The notes under the pieces: generated by a model
Told to the model about the DNA's origin: nothing
Database searches by the model: none
Seen by the model: only the letters and a program-made list of their open reading frames with translations
Made by a program: the position numbers and the translations under genes
Shown: piece by piece, positions 46,001 through 59,635 of the stretch
Position numbering within the stretch: position 1 is the stretch's first letter
How the letters are laid out: every line of letters starts with the position of its first letter
Assembly: GCA_964016885.1 (NCBI GenBank)
Contig: OZ024743.1
Location: 238,142,001 to 238,206,000 of the forward strand
Source: Eledone cirrhosa
Taxonomy: Eukaryota
Direction: 5' to 3'
DNA length: 64,000 nt

Positions 46001-47290
46001 ATTCTTTGTAGAAATATTCAGATGTTGTTTCTGCATGATGAATATAAGTCAGTAGAGTGCTCAACCGAGGGAGCCAAATAGTGATAATAATAAATTTGAA
46101 GACTAAAATCCAAAGAGGGCTCGATAAGGATAAATATATATCAAATATATAAGAACCGTAGAGCAAATATTTATTAAAATAACAGATTAAAGTTTAAGCA
46201 AAGAATCGCTGCTTTCACCCTTAACGGGATCTTCTGAATCTAACAAAGTCAATCTGTAAACGCAGAACTGGATATTTCAAAAAACGTTGCAACCGGAGGA
46301 AGACAGGAAGACGATACTTTGGTTCGTGGAAACGTTCGCTGGCAAAGAACGGAAAAAAACGAATAATACGTCATTAATAGGAGCGATGAAAAACAATTAC
46401 GCGCAAAGACAGAACCACGTTTATCGTATAAAAGAGGTCGTAGACTAATGTTCTCTTAGGTGGTGCATAGAGACGTTCTCTGGCAATGAACGAAAAAACG
46501 AAGATAATACATCATATGTGCAGCGTGGAGGGAGAACAATAGCACGCAAAGACAAAACCACGTAAATGGTATAGCAGAAGTCGTAGACTAAAATTCTAAC
46601 TCGGAGACCAAATGAATCTCCGCTACAGAGTTAAGAACAAAGTAAATAAAACAATACAGAAGTAATAGAAATAAATAAATACATACACGCAAACAAATAC
46701 GTACATACACAAGCATACGCAAAAACTTACCATAGGTATTCAAAACCACGCGGAGATTCATTTGGTCTCCTAGTTAGAATTTTAGTCTACGACTTCTGCT
46801 ATACCATTTACGTGGTTTTGTCTTTGCGTGCTATTGTTCTCCACGCTGCACATATGATGTATTATCTTCGTTTTTTCGTTCATTGCCAGAGAACGTCTCT
46901 ATGCACCACCTAAGAGAACATTAGTCTACGACCTCTTTTATACGATAAACGTGGTTCTGTCTTTGCGCGTAATTGTTTTTCATCGCTCCTATTAATGACG
47001 TATTATTCGTTTTTACCCGTTCTTTGCCAGCGAATGTTTCCACGAACCAAAGTACCGTCTTCCTGTCTTCCTCCGGTTGCAACGTATTTAGAAATATCCA
47101 GTTCTGCGTTTACAGATTGACTTTGTTAGTTTCAGAAGATCCCGTTAAGGGTGAAAGCAGCGATTCTTTGCTTAAACTTTAATCTGTTATTTTAATAAAT
47201 ATTTGCTCTACGGTTCTTATATATTTGATATATATTTATCCTTATCGAGCCCTCTTTGGATTTTAGTCTTCAAATTTATTATTATTACTA
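43005..47290 (-). mobile_element. Near full-length Hydra-like Penelope element: inverted pLTR, direct pLTR, ORF (46036 to ~44077), 3' pLTR
   Basis: MQKQHLNISTKNIPVPS..FIKRLRWRA, FTLKDHK, GLYRADG, WYNPPYN, GIY-YIG end; 46170-46750 repeats 43005-43660 directly and is inverted at 46750-47290; ORF has an internal deletion and frameshifts. Confidence 0.92.
43190..43288 (+). mobile_element. 5'-truncated SINE inserted in the PLE pLTR with a 19-bp target-site duplication
   Basis: attaataggagcggtgaaa at 43171-43189 and 43289-43307. Confidence 0.9.
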
Positions 47291-47429
47291 TATATATATA
47301 TATATATAATATAATATAATATATGTATATATATATATACATACATACATGTGTGTGTGTGTGTATTTGTTACAAAGGAGCCGGACAGATGTTACTAGCT
47401 GAAGGTTATGTTAATAAGGATGTGGTCCG

Positions 47430-47920
47430 GGGGACCAAGGACGCCGGAAGTCTCTACTATTTCTGGCTCTACCACAAACATATCAGAGAGTGGTCGATAC
47501 TTGAACAGTTTGCCTTCTTTGGCCTAGCGTGCAGCGAAGCCTAGGCTGGTTGCTGAACGCTCGATGTTGCCGCAAGAGAAGATGTCACAGCATGTAACAC
47601 CCCAGATGAGAGGCCTATCCCGTGGAACGGGAAGATTGTGTTGCCGTCTGACCTTTTGACGTCCCCTCTGTCCAGCTCCACTGGCTTGAGCTGAGTAAGG
47701 AAGCTTGCGCTGTCCAGGCTATGCTATTCTCGTTGAAAGCAGCATGGCCTGGGAGGCAGCCAGCACTATAACAGCATGATAGTGGGTGGAGACCGAAAGG
47801 ATCCACAATGGTACTGCAGCGGTATTTGTGAGGCTCTCAGACACGGAGGCTGAGCATCAGGGACACACTGATGTGCAAGCAATCGCTGCCCAGCTGAGTG
47901 CCAGTCTCAAGTGATGGATT
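47430..47920 (-). mobile_element. Degraded CRE-like retrotransposon RLE-domain fragment
   Basis: VDPFGLHPLSC....G.LP.HAA.N, then G.D.GD.KRSD, K..KYR; homologous to 55470-56000. Confidence 0.7.
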
Positions 47921-48937
47921 CTTCATGCCTTTTATTTATTTTCACACAGATTGGTCATAGTCCCAGATATTTTCTACTTGTTGAACACATACACACATAC
48001 ATATAAATACACACATACACACTCACACAAACATGTGTTTATGTTTGCGCCTGTAAGTTCGGTATAGCTATTACAGATTGTCAGGCTGGCTGGATGAGGG
48101 GGGGGGGCAGCTGACTGAATATTTACAGCTGGGTAACTGGCTGGGTGGCAGGCCGACTGTGCGACTGTGGGTGTGTGGATGATTTGCTGGCTGGCTGTGT
48201 GGCTGACTGGCTGTCAGAATAATGGCTGTGTGATAGGGTGGGTGGTTGTGAGGGAGTCTGATTGACTTGCTGGCTGACGGTAACTTGATGGGTGGGGCTG
48301 TGGTTGGTTGGCTGACTATCAAGCTATTACAGAAGTTGACGCGAGAACATATAAAATTAGTTAAGACAGTAAATTTATCACACACTCACACACAGCCGGC
48401 CTAGTATGGAATCTTTCTCGGATAATGTTTCACCAAAGGCATCTGAGTCGAATATAGAACCTCTACAACTAAAAGGTAATACTATTCATAACCTACATTA
48501 TTAATTTATTCATTCTAATATAATATTCATATGATTATCATAATGTTAAGCTCTCATCGACATTTTTACGTTTCACTTGGAAAGGAAGATGAGGGTGAAG
48601 AAGGAGATGCTCTCCTCCAGTATATTTACCAAAAGATTGATGGAGTTAGTGAAAATGGTAAAAGTGAAGAGAATACTCAGATCCTATGTCTGTATGTCGA
48701 ACAACAATATTTCGGAGAGAGCAATCACCCTTGGTGTTTAAGGCGATTCCATATCCGTGGGATTCCTCGAGTAATCACCTTTCTATAACAGGAAGACCGA
48801 ATGCCGATGTATAATTTGTATACTATGTATATATGTTACTCAATTTTACCATTTCTATGTAACCCCACCAACTTAATGTTGTAACGTGTCTTTCTAATGT
48901 CTCCTACATCTGATGACCACGTGCCAAATAAAATAAC

Positions 48938-49113
48938 TGTTTCTACTTTTGGCACAAGGCCAGCAATTACCCAGTACATTACTGGTACTTTATTTTATCG
49001 ACCCCGTAAGGATGAAAGGCAAAGTGAACCTCGGCGGGATTTGAACTCAGACCGTAAAGGGACGTAACTATGCTGGAAAGCATGGCGTCCGACTCTCTAC
49101 TGATACTGCCAAT
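48938..49113 (-). mobile_element. SINE with 14-bp target-site duplication
   Basis: ccaaataaaataac at 48924-48937 and 49114-49127. Confidence 0.88.
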
Positions 49114-49127
49114 CCAAATAAAATAAC

Positions 49128-49572
49128 GTGGATTGGCAGTATAGGTAGAGTGTCGGACACCATGCTTTGCAGCATAGAGTTATGGCCCTTTACATTTTGA
49201 GTTTAAATCCCGCCGAGGTTAGCTTTGCCTTTCATCCTAACGGAGTCGATAACATAAAGTACCAGTAATGCACTGGTTCGATTTAATTGACTTTCCCCTT
49301 CCCTTAAAATTGCTGGCTTTGTGCCTAAAGTTGAAAGAATTTTGATTATTATGATTTACTAGGGCAGTGGATCGGCAGTATCGGTAGAGCGTCGGACGAC
49401 TTGCTTTGCAGCCAAGAGTTACGTCCCTTTAATTTCTGAGTTCAAATCTCGCCACGGTTAGTTTTGCCTTTCATCCTCACGGGGTCGATAAACTAAAGAA
49501 CCAGTGACACACTGGAATTAATTTAATCGACTTTTCTCTCCCCACAAATTATTGACCTATGTTAGAAATCAT
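49128..49572 (+). mobile_element. Two tandem SINEs of the longer 3' variant (49128-49340, 49362-49572)
   Basis: Family match, with an extra atttaat.gacttt..c..ccc..aaatt segment. Confidence 0.8.
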
Positions 49573-49871
49573 TGTCTCATACTGAAGTTAGTATTTCTGT
49601 TTCAACATACAAAACGTTCTATAATTTTCGGCGTTGTTTATCAAGTGACACAATCTGAGACCGCGTGGTAGAAACTAAACTAATTATATTAAGGATGAGT
49701 CATTTTAGGCATTAAAAACAACAACAAATAACAAAAAACAAAACAAAATAAGACAAAAAAAAAAACCTCCCTTGAATTCATTTTACATTCATCATATTTT
49801 GTGGGGTCAACATTTTCCTCGCATCTTTTCTGACAGTTGAACTTAATCTGTCTTATTCTGCGCATTATTCA

Positions 49872-50062
49872 GGTGGATTGGCAGTATCGGTAGAACGTCA
49901 GACACCATGCTTTGTAGCATAGAGTTATGGCCCTTTACAGTTTGAGTTCAAATCCCGCCGAGGTTAACTTTGCCTTTCATCCTTACGGGGTCGATAAAAT
50001 AAAGTACCAGTAACACACTGAGTTAATTGCAGGCCTTGATCCTAATGTAGAAACAATTATTC
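49872..50062 (+). mobile_element. tRNA-derived SINE
   Basis: Family match. Confidence 0.85.
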
Positions 50063-50082
50063 AATTATAATAAATGTAGTAG

Positions 50083-50620
50083 TTGGTGGTAGTGGCGGTG
50101 GTGGTGCTGGTGGTGGTGGTGGTGGCGGTGGTGGTGCTGGTGGTGGTGGTGGCGGTGGTGGTGCTGGTGGTGCTAGTGGTGGTGCTGCTGGGGGTGGTGG
50201 AGGTTGTGGTGGAGGTAGTGGTGGTGGTGGTGTGGGTGCTGCTGGTGGTGGTGGTGGAGGTAGTGGTGGTGGTAGTGGTAGTGCTGCTGGTGGTGGTGGA
50301 GGTAGTGGTGGTGATAGTGGTGGTTCTGCTAGTGGTGGTGGAGGTAGTGGTGGTGGTAGTGGTAGTGCTGGTGGTGGTGGTGGAGGTAGTGGTGGTGGTA
50401 TTGGTGGTGGTGGTGCTGCTGGTGGTGGTGGTGGAAGAGGCGGTGGTGGTGGTGGTGGTGGTGGTGGTAGTGGTGGTGCTGCTGGTGGTGGAGGTAGTGG
50501 TGGTGGAAGTGATGGTGGTGGTAGTGGTAGTGGTGGTGGTGGTGGTGGTGGTGGTGGTGGTGGTGGTGGTGGTGGTAGTGGTGGTGGTGCTAGTGGTGGC
50601 GGTGGTGCTGCTGCTGCTGC
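50083..50620. repeat. Degenerate (GGT)n trinucleotide repeat
   Basis: GGT with GCT/AGT/GGA variants; gives poly-V/G/T pseudo-ORFs. Confidence 0.92.
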
Positions 50621-51152
50621 AATAGTAGTGAAAAATCAATTATACACCCCCTTCGGCTTTCGTTAGAAATCAATTCTATTTGGAAGAATCGATAAAATAT
50701 CGGATAAAATGCCTAGTGGTATTTATTCCGAATCCCTACACGCTAGTACAAATACCGCCAAGGACAACATTGTATTTCATCTTTCTATATCGATAAAAAA
50801 AGGTATTAGTTAAGAACTGGGGTCGATAACATTGACTTTCTGTATCACCTTAAATCGTTCGTTTTGCCTAAATGATAAATTTAGCCAGAGGTATCCAACT
50901 TCCTGTACCAGCAGGACTGAATGCCTTGTTTATGTATACTATACATATCTAATCTGTATAGTATGTACTCTCAGGGCATGAATAATCGTTCTCCCCGCTT
51001 ATTAATTTTCCAGACCCCGCCGCTTTTATAACCCCCCGCGCTCATTAAATTTTGCTAATTTATCTCTGGTGAAACTTTATTGTAAGTAATTCGTATCGAT
51101 ACAGCAGCTGGAGAATCTAACAATAATTTTATTTTACATAAAAAACACATTA

Positions 51153-51409
51153 TAAATAAAGTACCAGTAATGTACTGGGTAATTGCTGGCCTTGTGTCAA
51201 AAGTAGAAACAATTATATATGATAATTGTTTCTACTTTTGGCACAAGGCGATCAATTACCCAGTACATTACTGGTACTTTATTTTATCTACCCCGTAAGG
51301 ATGAAAGGCAAAGTTAACCTCGGTGGGATTTGAACTCAGACCGTAAAGGGACGTAACTATGCTGGAAAGCATGGCGTCCGACCCTCTACCGATACTGCCA
51401 ATCCACCGC
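51153..51409. mobile_element. Tail-to-tail SINEs: 3' fragment (+, 51153-51215) and full copy (-, 51222-51409)
   Basis: Family match on both strands. Confidence 0.85.
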
Positions 51410-52548
51410 TCTATATGATAATAAAAGAACATCACAAGAAATCCCATATTTACGAACGTACACTATACAATTACCGACTCCCCTCCTCCCGTTTATACCT
51501 CTCCCTCGCTTATAAGAATTTAAGAAAATGTTCACCACCCCTCCGCTTATTCCAACCCCACTCCTATTATTTGGGACCTGAAAGTATATATATATAGTAT
51601 ATGTTTATACTATATATGTGTATACTATATGTCATCATTTGTATGCTATATACACTTAATGTATATACTATATGCACCTAATGAGTATATATGTACACCT
51701 AATTTATCTCTATATATATAAAATTGAGGATGTCTGTCTGTGTGGTATTACTGCCACCTTTTTTAGTGACCATAACTGCTTAACTCCCAAGCTAACCTGT
51801 CCTATCTATCAATTTTTTCTTCTTTATCACATACTTTGTTATCAACTGGTCAGGCTATATCTATGATCCAACACTGTTTGCACACTGTATGTTCCCATAG
51901 ACAAACGTTTAGATGCTCTGCAATCATTTTATGGAGACATTTCAAATTCTTCATCCGATATCCCTAGATACCATCTGGACCGGGGCTCGTCCAATTTGGT
52001 ACCATACGTAACTGTTTTTTTTTTTTACCTTATCCATGGTTATGCTTATTTCTTATTCGGTGTTTTGTGACCTGCTTTACATAACACTGAGCCACTCAGT
52101 ATTATCATTATGCTCCACGGTAGGATCCCAAACCTCGCTTCAAAAGTTTTTGCTCACTTCTGCATCAGGTATGTGATTTTCCTTCAATTTCTTCTAACAG
52201 CCTTTTCTGATTGGCTTCAAAGAGTCTATTCTGTCGATATTGTTTGATTCGTTTATCATACCTCTCTAATTTAGCTTTGATTGTCACAACTCTGTTTCAA
52301 TTCTTCAAACACAGTGTCAATTCCTTTTTATGTTTATTCTAATTTGCCCCCTTGCCCTAGGCCCAAAGCACAATCCCCCTCCCCTTTCAACCCACCCCTC
52401 TCTTCTGCGACACCAGAGTTCTTGCCATCCCCTCCCCCTTCCCGTTCTTTTTTCTTCCCTTTTCTCTTTTTCTCTATATTTTCCACTTTTTTTTTTGTTT
52501 CCTTTTCTTCTTTTTAATTATTGCCGTTATTATAGTTATCATTATTAT

Positions 52549-53332
52549 AATCCCGCCGAGTTTAACTTTGCCTTTCATCCTTACGGGGTCGATAAAATAA
52601 AGTACCAGTAATGTACTGGTATAATTGCTGGCCTTGTGCCAAAAGTAGAAACAGTTATTATAATAAAGAAACCATTCTTATTATATTGCTGTTGTTATAG
52701 GCGGTGGATTGGCAGTATCGGTAGAGAGTCGGACACCATGCTTAGCAGCATAGAGTTGTGATCCTTTACAGTCTGGGTTCAAATCCCGCCAAGGTTAACT
52801 TTGCCTTTCATCATTACGGGGTCAATAAAATAAAGTACCATTAACGTACTGGGGTCGATTTAATCGACTTTCCACTTCCCCAAAATTGCTGGCCTTGTGC
52901 CTATATAACAAACCATTATTGCTGTTACGGGGTCGATAAAATAAAGTACCAGTAATGTACCGAGTAATTGCTGGCCTTGTGCCAAAAAGTAGAAACAATT
53001 ATTACTGTAAATAAAGTATATTTGCCTTTTCTTCTTTTATTTTCTAGTTTTCCTTTCTTCAACATATCCACCTGACCTAAGTCCTTCTTTATCATAACTT
53101 GCTTGTTCCACAGTACATTTCCCTTTATTTTATACCTAACTCTGTTAGTAATAATTGTTTCTATTTTTGGCACAAGGCCAGCAATTCCCACAGTGCATTA
53201 CTGGTACTTTATTTTATCGACCCCGTAAGGATGAAAAGCAAAGTTAACCTTGGTGGGATTTGAACACAGACCGTAAAGGGGCGTAACTCTATGCTGCAAA
53301 GCATGGCGTCCGACCCTCTACGGATACTGCCA
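52549..53332. mobile_element. SINE cluster: 52549-52660(+), 52700-52920(+), 52925-53003(+), 53151-53332(-)
   Basis: Family match. Confidence 0.85.
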
Positions 53333-54045
53333 TGTTCAAGCCTAATGATTATATTTATTGTCAAACAACTTTAAAACAGAATCCACTTTCTCCGTCTCTG
53401 CTTTCAGTCTGCGTTATGTCTGTCAGGATATTCTCACTGAGGCAGATCTGACATTATCACAGAGAGACCTATGTATGTTTACTATACACAAACATATTGA
53501 ATACCCATTCATATATGTATATATTCTGAATCACGCTATGTGAATGCTACTGTTTAGGTCAAATAAGCTTCTTCAAAATTGTATTATTCAAATCTCTCTC
53601 TCTCTCTCTCTCTCTCTCACTTCTCTCTCAATGTCTCTAGCTCCCGTAATCTTAATCTATCTGTTGTTTGTTTGTCGGTCTCTGTGTCTATCCATCCGCC
53701 CGCCAGTCCGTCCGCCTACATGCCTGCATGTCTGTCTGTCTGTCTGTCTGTTGTCTATCTCTCTCTCTCTCTATCTATCTATTTTCGTTAACACTGTTCT
53801 TTTGAATTAATATATTCATATTCTGATACGAGAACATGAAAAGACTATTTCTATATGCATGCTAATTAATTACAAGTAATTAAATCTGTTGCAAGAATCA
53901 ATATTATTACTAGTCATGAAATAAAAATCAAGCGTTCTAATGTGCTGGGTATTGATAATAATTTATTTATTTATTTGCGTTCCAGTCGAGGGGCTGAGGT
54001 AATGCTGGGGCACCACCACCGATAATACTGATGACGATATGATAA

Positions 54046-54233
54046 TAATTGTTTCTACTATTGGCACAAGGCCAGCAATTACCCAGTGCATTACTGGTAC
54101 TTTATTTTATTGACCCCATAAGGATGAAAGGCAAAGTTAACCTCGGCAGGATTTGAACTCAGACCGTAAAGCTGTAACTCTATGCTGCAAAGCATGGCGT
54201 CCGACCCTCTACTGATACTGCCAATCCACTGCC
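54046..54233 (-). mobile_element. tRNA-derived SINE
   Basis: Family match. Confidence 0.88.
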
Positions 54234-54439
54234 ATTAATATGATTATAATACTAATTAAAATTAGTAATTAAATGTTGATGGTTTGTAACATTTGGCAAA
54301 CGTTTGTAATCGATTAAATCAATATTATATACTGAAGTAATCCATTAATTGAATGGAGATCAGTCAGTTTAGTCGCTGTATGTTCCAGTTGTTCTATCAA
54401 CAGAACAGCCGTCCATGAAATTAAGGAGTAAACGGCTGA

Positions 54440-56110
54440 GCATTCTACAAGCACTTGTACCAATAGGAGCCCCGAGCATGACCCTTGCTGCTGATACGGT
54501 CATACGCTCGGCTACTGGGGTCAAACAGGGCGACCCTTTGGGACCCCTCCTGTTCGCCCTTGGTATTGATCACGTCGCTCGGAGTATCACGGCCCCCTCT
54601 CAACGTTTGGCATCTGGTTGATGCTACGATGGCGGGCCCGTACGGACGGTCTGCCATGACCTTCAATCGGTGGTTCCTGCCCTGGCGGGAATCGGCCTCC
54701 AGGTCAACTCGGCCAAGTCGGAGGTGGTGAATGTCAGCCTCGATGCTGCGAGCTTTGCAGCCTCCGTCTTGGACGTGCGATCCATTCTCCGCCAGGTTCA
54801 GGTGACCCACAAAGAGGATGTCCTCATCCTCGGGACACCGATCCACCCACCGGCCATCCGCTCCACCATCAGGTCCAGGCTTCAACAGCTCCAGGCTCTC
54901 ACGAGCCGACTGAGCTCTCTTTCTGCCGAGGAACTGCTTCGCCATACCGAAGCTCCTCTATACACGCATTGGCGCTCCGTGCTACACCCAGACATCTCTC
55001 CTCGCTGACCTCGATACTTGTATCCGAGCAGCAGCTGAGGAGATATGCAACGTCAAGTTTGACGACATAGGGTGGCAACAGGCCACTTTACCTGTCAGGT
55101 ATGGCGACCTTGGCCTCCGGTCCCCGATCTCGCTAGCTTTGCCGGCGTATCTTTCGTCGGTATCCTCATGCCACGTTCTCGTCAGCAGGGTTCTTCAAAA
55201 CACAACAGAACCCTCTGTGTTCAGAGAACGTGAGGCCGCCTGTGAGATGTGGGACCGGCTGGGACTTAGTCCAGTAGACGTCCCTCCTCCTTTTACCCTG
55301 TTGACGTCAAGTCCCCCCCAACCCACTCTGGATGCCACCCAGTGCAGGCTGGTTTCAGACAGGCTCCCGCGCAAGCTCAACCAGCAACGCCTTGCTTGTT
55401 TTCGTGTGGCCTCCAAGCCCCACAGTGGTGCCTGGCTCCATGCCCTGCCCTCCTCCACTGGCACGCAGCTAAACAACCATAGCCTGCGCATCGGCGTTTC
55501 CTGGAGGCTCGGCCTCCGGATCTGCTAGCCACACCAATGTCGCTGTAGTTCCACCGTGGACTCTTTCGGCCTCCACTCGCTTTCCTGTCGCCACAGTGCC
55601 GACCGCCTTCCACGCCATGTTGCCCTCAACGAGGCCATTAAGCATGGCTTGGACGCTGCAGGCTTCCCTTCCCAGCTCGAGCCAGTGGGGCTGGATCGAG
55701 GGGATGGCAAAAGGCCAGATGTATGACCATCTTCCAGTTCCGCGGTGGCAAACCCCTCGTCTGGAATGCCACTTGCACCGACACTTTCTGCAGCCGCAAT
55801 CTGGTTCAGTCTGCGACTGACCCAGGTTCTGCTGCACGTCGGGCTGAGGGGGCCAAACTCCTCAAATACCGGTCGCTCTCTGACAGGTTTGCGGTCGTAC
55901 CCCTGGCAGTGGAGACTTCTGGTGTCCTCGGCCCCAGGGCTAGCTCCTTACTCACTACCAGAGGCGCTGAGCTGGCCAGCCGCAGGCGTGATCCCCGCGA
56001 GTTGGAGTGGCTCTTCCAGCGCGTCTCCCTCGCCGTCCTCCGGGGAAACGCCTTCTCCATTCTGTCCGCCGGGGCTGTGGGTGGGCCCCATCGCGTACCG
56101 TTGTAGTAGT
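54440..56110 (+). mobile_element. 5'-truncated CRE-like non-LTR retrotransposon (RT C-half, CCHC knuckle, restriction-like endonuclease)
   Basis: GVKQGDPLGPLLFALG, GLQVNSAKSE, QATLPVRYG.LGLR, SGAWLHALP, CRC..VDSFGLHSLSC, GDGKRPD, KLLKY, PLAVETSG, QRVSLAVLRGNA; GC-rich; frameshifts and stops. Confidence 0.88.
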
Positions 56111-56662
56111 TGTAGAAGAAACAGGAAGACAACAACTGGAAAGTTTGATTTTCTAGAACTTGATGTTTGCTTAGTATTTAAATATGTTCGTGTATCGCCT
56201 GTTATTTTATTTACCTGTCCTAATATTTCGGGTCTAAAAACCCTTTGTCAGAAGACTAAAATGAGAAACTGACTCAGAGTTTGTGCTTTCGTAGTTATAA
56301 TGACTTTAACGGTCCTGCATTTGTAGTCTCAGGGATATTCAGCATGATTTAGGGTGTGGCGACCTTTGGTTTACAGGTATAGTCCATTGTCTATTTTAAT
56401 GTAATTGAATATAACTGGTAAGCCATATTAGACTATGAGATTTATATAATATCCCTTGCAAGCAAAAAACAAAAGGAAACAACAAAAAAACACAAAGAAA
56501 ATGTAAGAGAAAACAGAAAAAAAGTAAAAATTGGCTAAAGAATAAAACAATATTGACGCCTAAAAATTTGAAAGCAACGTCCACAAATGCAAAAGTGCAA
56601 GGGAGATAACTCATAAACATGAGTAAAGATTTTTTTAGGTACATGTTGATAATGAAATGATA

Positions 56663-56851
56663 ATAATTATTTCTACTTTTGGCACAAGGCCAGCAATTAC
56701 CTCCAGTGTATTAATAGTACTTTATTTTATCGACACCGAAAGGATGACAGGCAAAGTTAATCTCGGCGTGATTTGAACACAGATCAGACCATAAAGGGGC
56801 GTAACTCTATGTTGTAAAGCATGGCATCCGACCTTCTACCGATACTGCCAA
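56663..56851 (-). mobile_element. tRNA-derived SINE, diverged
   Basis: Family match. Confidence 0.8.
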
Positions 56852-57324
56852 ATGATTTGTTATATTTTTGTAAAAGTACATACACTGAAGAGGATGGATT
56901 GGTAACGGTTTAATTGATCCTAATTACTAAATTAGTCCTGTAATTCTTTAATACAACACCAACGCGTATAAAAATGTAAGGGAGATAACCGATAAGTGTA
57001 AGTTAATTGCTAATTTGTAACGTCCCTTGAACTTATAAGCGTGTGGAATATTATATAGTGTAGCGAATTATCGTTCCACATTGGCAGTTAACGGAGTAGC
57101 CAATGCATATACATACATACATTCATGCATACATACATGCATACCCCCCCCCCCCCCACACACGCACACCCACACATATATATATATAGAAGAGGCCATA
57201 GGGAATATTCGCCATAAACCTGTTTGCTCACAATTACTCAATGCGATATGGTTTGGACGTGTATCGAACAAAATTTATTTCAGAGTGCTAACCATGTTTA
57301 TATTCGTATATATATATATATATG

Positions 57325-57670
57325 GATACCCCCTCACCGTGCTCCAAGCTGCTCTCACCCGCGCCCGTGAAACAGACCGCACCACAACTATCTCACCTCA
57401 CCCGCGTTCCTTTCCCTCTCACCTACCACCCTATCACCCTACAACTCCGGCGACATATCCTCCATTCCTTCCGCATCCCCTCTTCTGACCCCGTCACTTC
57501 TCGCTTTTTTTCCAAACTCACACATTACTGCTTTTAAGCGCGCCCGCAACCTCCGTGACCTCCTGGTTCGCAGTTCCTTCTCGTCCTCTCCCACGACTTC
57601 ACCCGGCTCTCACCCTTGTTCCCGTTCCCGCTGCAACACTTGTTCCTTCATTCCCACGCTCACCACTCTT
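57325..57670 (+). mobile_element. Fragment of C-rich Neptune-like PLE (RT-EN linker)
   Basis: GYPLTVLQAALTRARE..FPLTYHP..FKRARNLRDLLVRS..PCSRSRCNTC; homologous to 63050-63400. Confidence 0.75.
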
Positions 57671-57865
57671 ACAGGATTAGTGCTCTGAAATAGCGATGTA
57701 TGCATAGTATGATTACCAACAGCATGAAACAGACTGTTAGCTTCTCTGCCTTCTTTTGCGGAAAAGAAGTGACATAGTCACTACTTTAAAAGTGATAGCG
57801 TATGGTCTTCAAAATGTTTTTAATTAAACATACGGTATATTGCCAAATACACTATACATACATTC

Positions 57866-58073
<208 letters not shown>

Positions 58074-58319
58074 GTACACAAAAATACACTCACACATATA
58101 ACTATGCATATTATCCAAAGAAGGATATATTGAATAACACAATGATATATATCTTTACAATGACAGGATGGCTGCGGTTGAAATACTTTTATTTATAGGT
58201 TTTCTTAATCACCATCATATCCACCAACACTCACAAAAATAACAACAATTCTAACAACACCGACACCACCATCAACAACTGTAACAATAATGAATTAAAG
58301 TCTAAACTTTCTATTTCAG

Positions 58320-58693
58320 AGACAACAGAGACAGAAACTGTTGAAAGTTTGCTGAACTATTGTGGCGGTTTTGGTGTTTATCAGAAGAGACTTATTGCTT
58401 TACTAGTCTTGTTTTTTCTACTCAGTCCTTTACAATCAATGAGTATGGCATTTATTGGAGCAAGTGTTCCCTTCTATTGTAACCATCCTGATTACAATGT
58501 TTCTTTAGTGCCGAGAAATTTCACTGGAGAAACCTTCAAAGATTTGCTGTCCCCCAAAGATGATAAATGTGCTCTTTACGAACTTAACATAGATGGAGAT
58601 TATTATGAAATACCGACAGGGAACTCGACAAAAATGGAGTGTAGCCAAGACAGAGAATTTAAAGATGAAAATATATCAACCGTTGTGTCGGAG
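58320..58693 (+). CDS. SLC22-family (organic cation transporter-like, MFS) exon: TM1 and glycosylated extracellular loop
   Basis: Acceptor ttctatttcag, donor gag|gttagt; ETVESLLNYCGGFGVYQKRL...FYC...C...C...STVVSE matches the SLC22 N-terminal pattern; no in-frame ATG before TM1, so an upstream exon is needed. Confidence 0.88.
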
Positions 58694-58792
58694 GTTAGTG
58701 TCGAAATTTTGTCTGTCACATTACACAATATGGTCGACATAAATCCTGAAATATTGCCGGGTAATTGGGTAGAGTCATTATTATTCATTATT

Positions 58793-58981
58793 GTGGATTA
58801 GCAGTATCGGCAGAGGGCCGGACGCCATGCTTTGCAGCAAAGAGTTTCGGCCCTTTATGATCTGAGTTCAAATCCCGCCGAGGTTAACTTTGCCTTTCAT
58901 TCTTACGGGACCGATAAAATAAAGTACCAGTAATACACTGGGGTAATTGCTGACCTTGTGCCAAAAGTAGAAACAATTATT
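58793..58981 (+). mobile_element. tRNA-derived SINE (intronic)
   Basis: Family match. Confidence 0.88.
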
Positions 58982-59582
58982 TACTGTTTAGTCAAGGTGG
59001 CGAACTGGCAGATTTCGTTAGAATATTGGATAGAATGCTTTGTGATATTCGATTCAGCTTTCTGATCTCAGAGTTCAAAATGCGTCGTAGTCAACGATGC
59101 TTTTCATCCTTTCGAAGTCGATAAAAATGTACCAGTCCAGTACTGGTGTCAATTTTTCCTCTATACTTCTTTCTCACATTCTATCACTCACTATCTCTCA
59201 CATTCTCTGGCGAGGAGATGTGATCCATCAGGTTTAGAACGCCCATAAAACACCATCGGGTGTTACAGGTACATACATACATACATACATTTTCATTAAC
59301 TTGAATATGTGCTCTGAATTTGTATTGGAATATAGAAGAGAAAAAATGAATGCAAGAAATGTTTTAAGGCTGATAAAGCTGGAATTATCCTTACGGACAC
59401 ATTCACAGGCTTCATATGCATCATAGGATCTTTACTGAAGCAATATTTTACGAACCGATGTCATTTCTGTCGTCAACAATTTCTGTGCCACTTACGACAC
59501 AAGCGAATAACTATGTAGCAATTCTAAACCGGATACACACAGAATTAACTGAAAAAGTAAATGATATAATAAAGAGGAATGC

Positions 59583-59635
<53 letters not shown>

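Noticed and set aside
48531-48788. Possible first coding exon of the SLC22 gene (acidic stretch, phase-1 donor at 48657)
   Set aside because: Phase is compatible but the donor (gtaaaa) is weak and no start or acceptor is convincing; may be a decayed LINE
50061-50666. Poly-Thr, poly-Val and poly-Gly ORFs (mucin-like or glycine-rich protein)
   Set aside because: Degenerate (GGT)n repeat open in several frames, directly after a SINE tail, with no splice or start context
50960-51060. Possible DNA-transposon terminal sequence
   Set aside because: No matching inverted end or transposase remnant found
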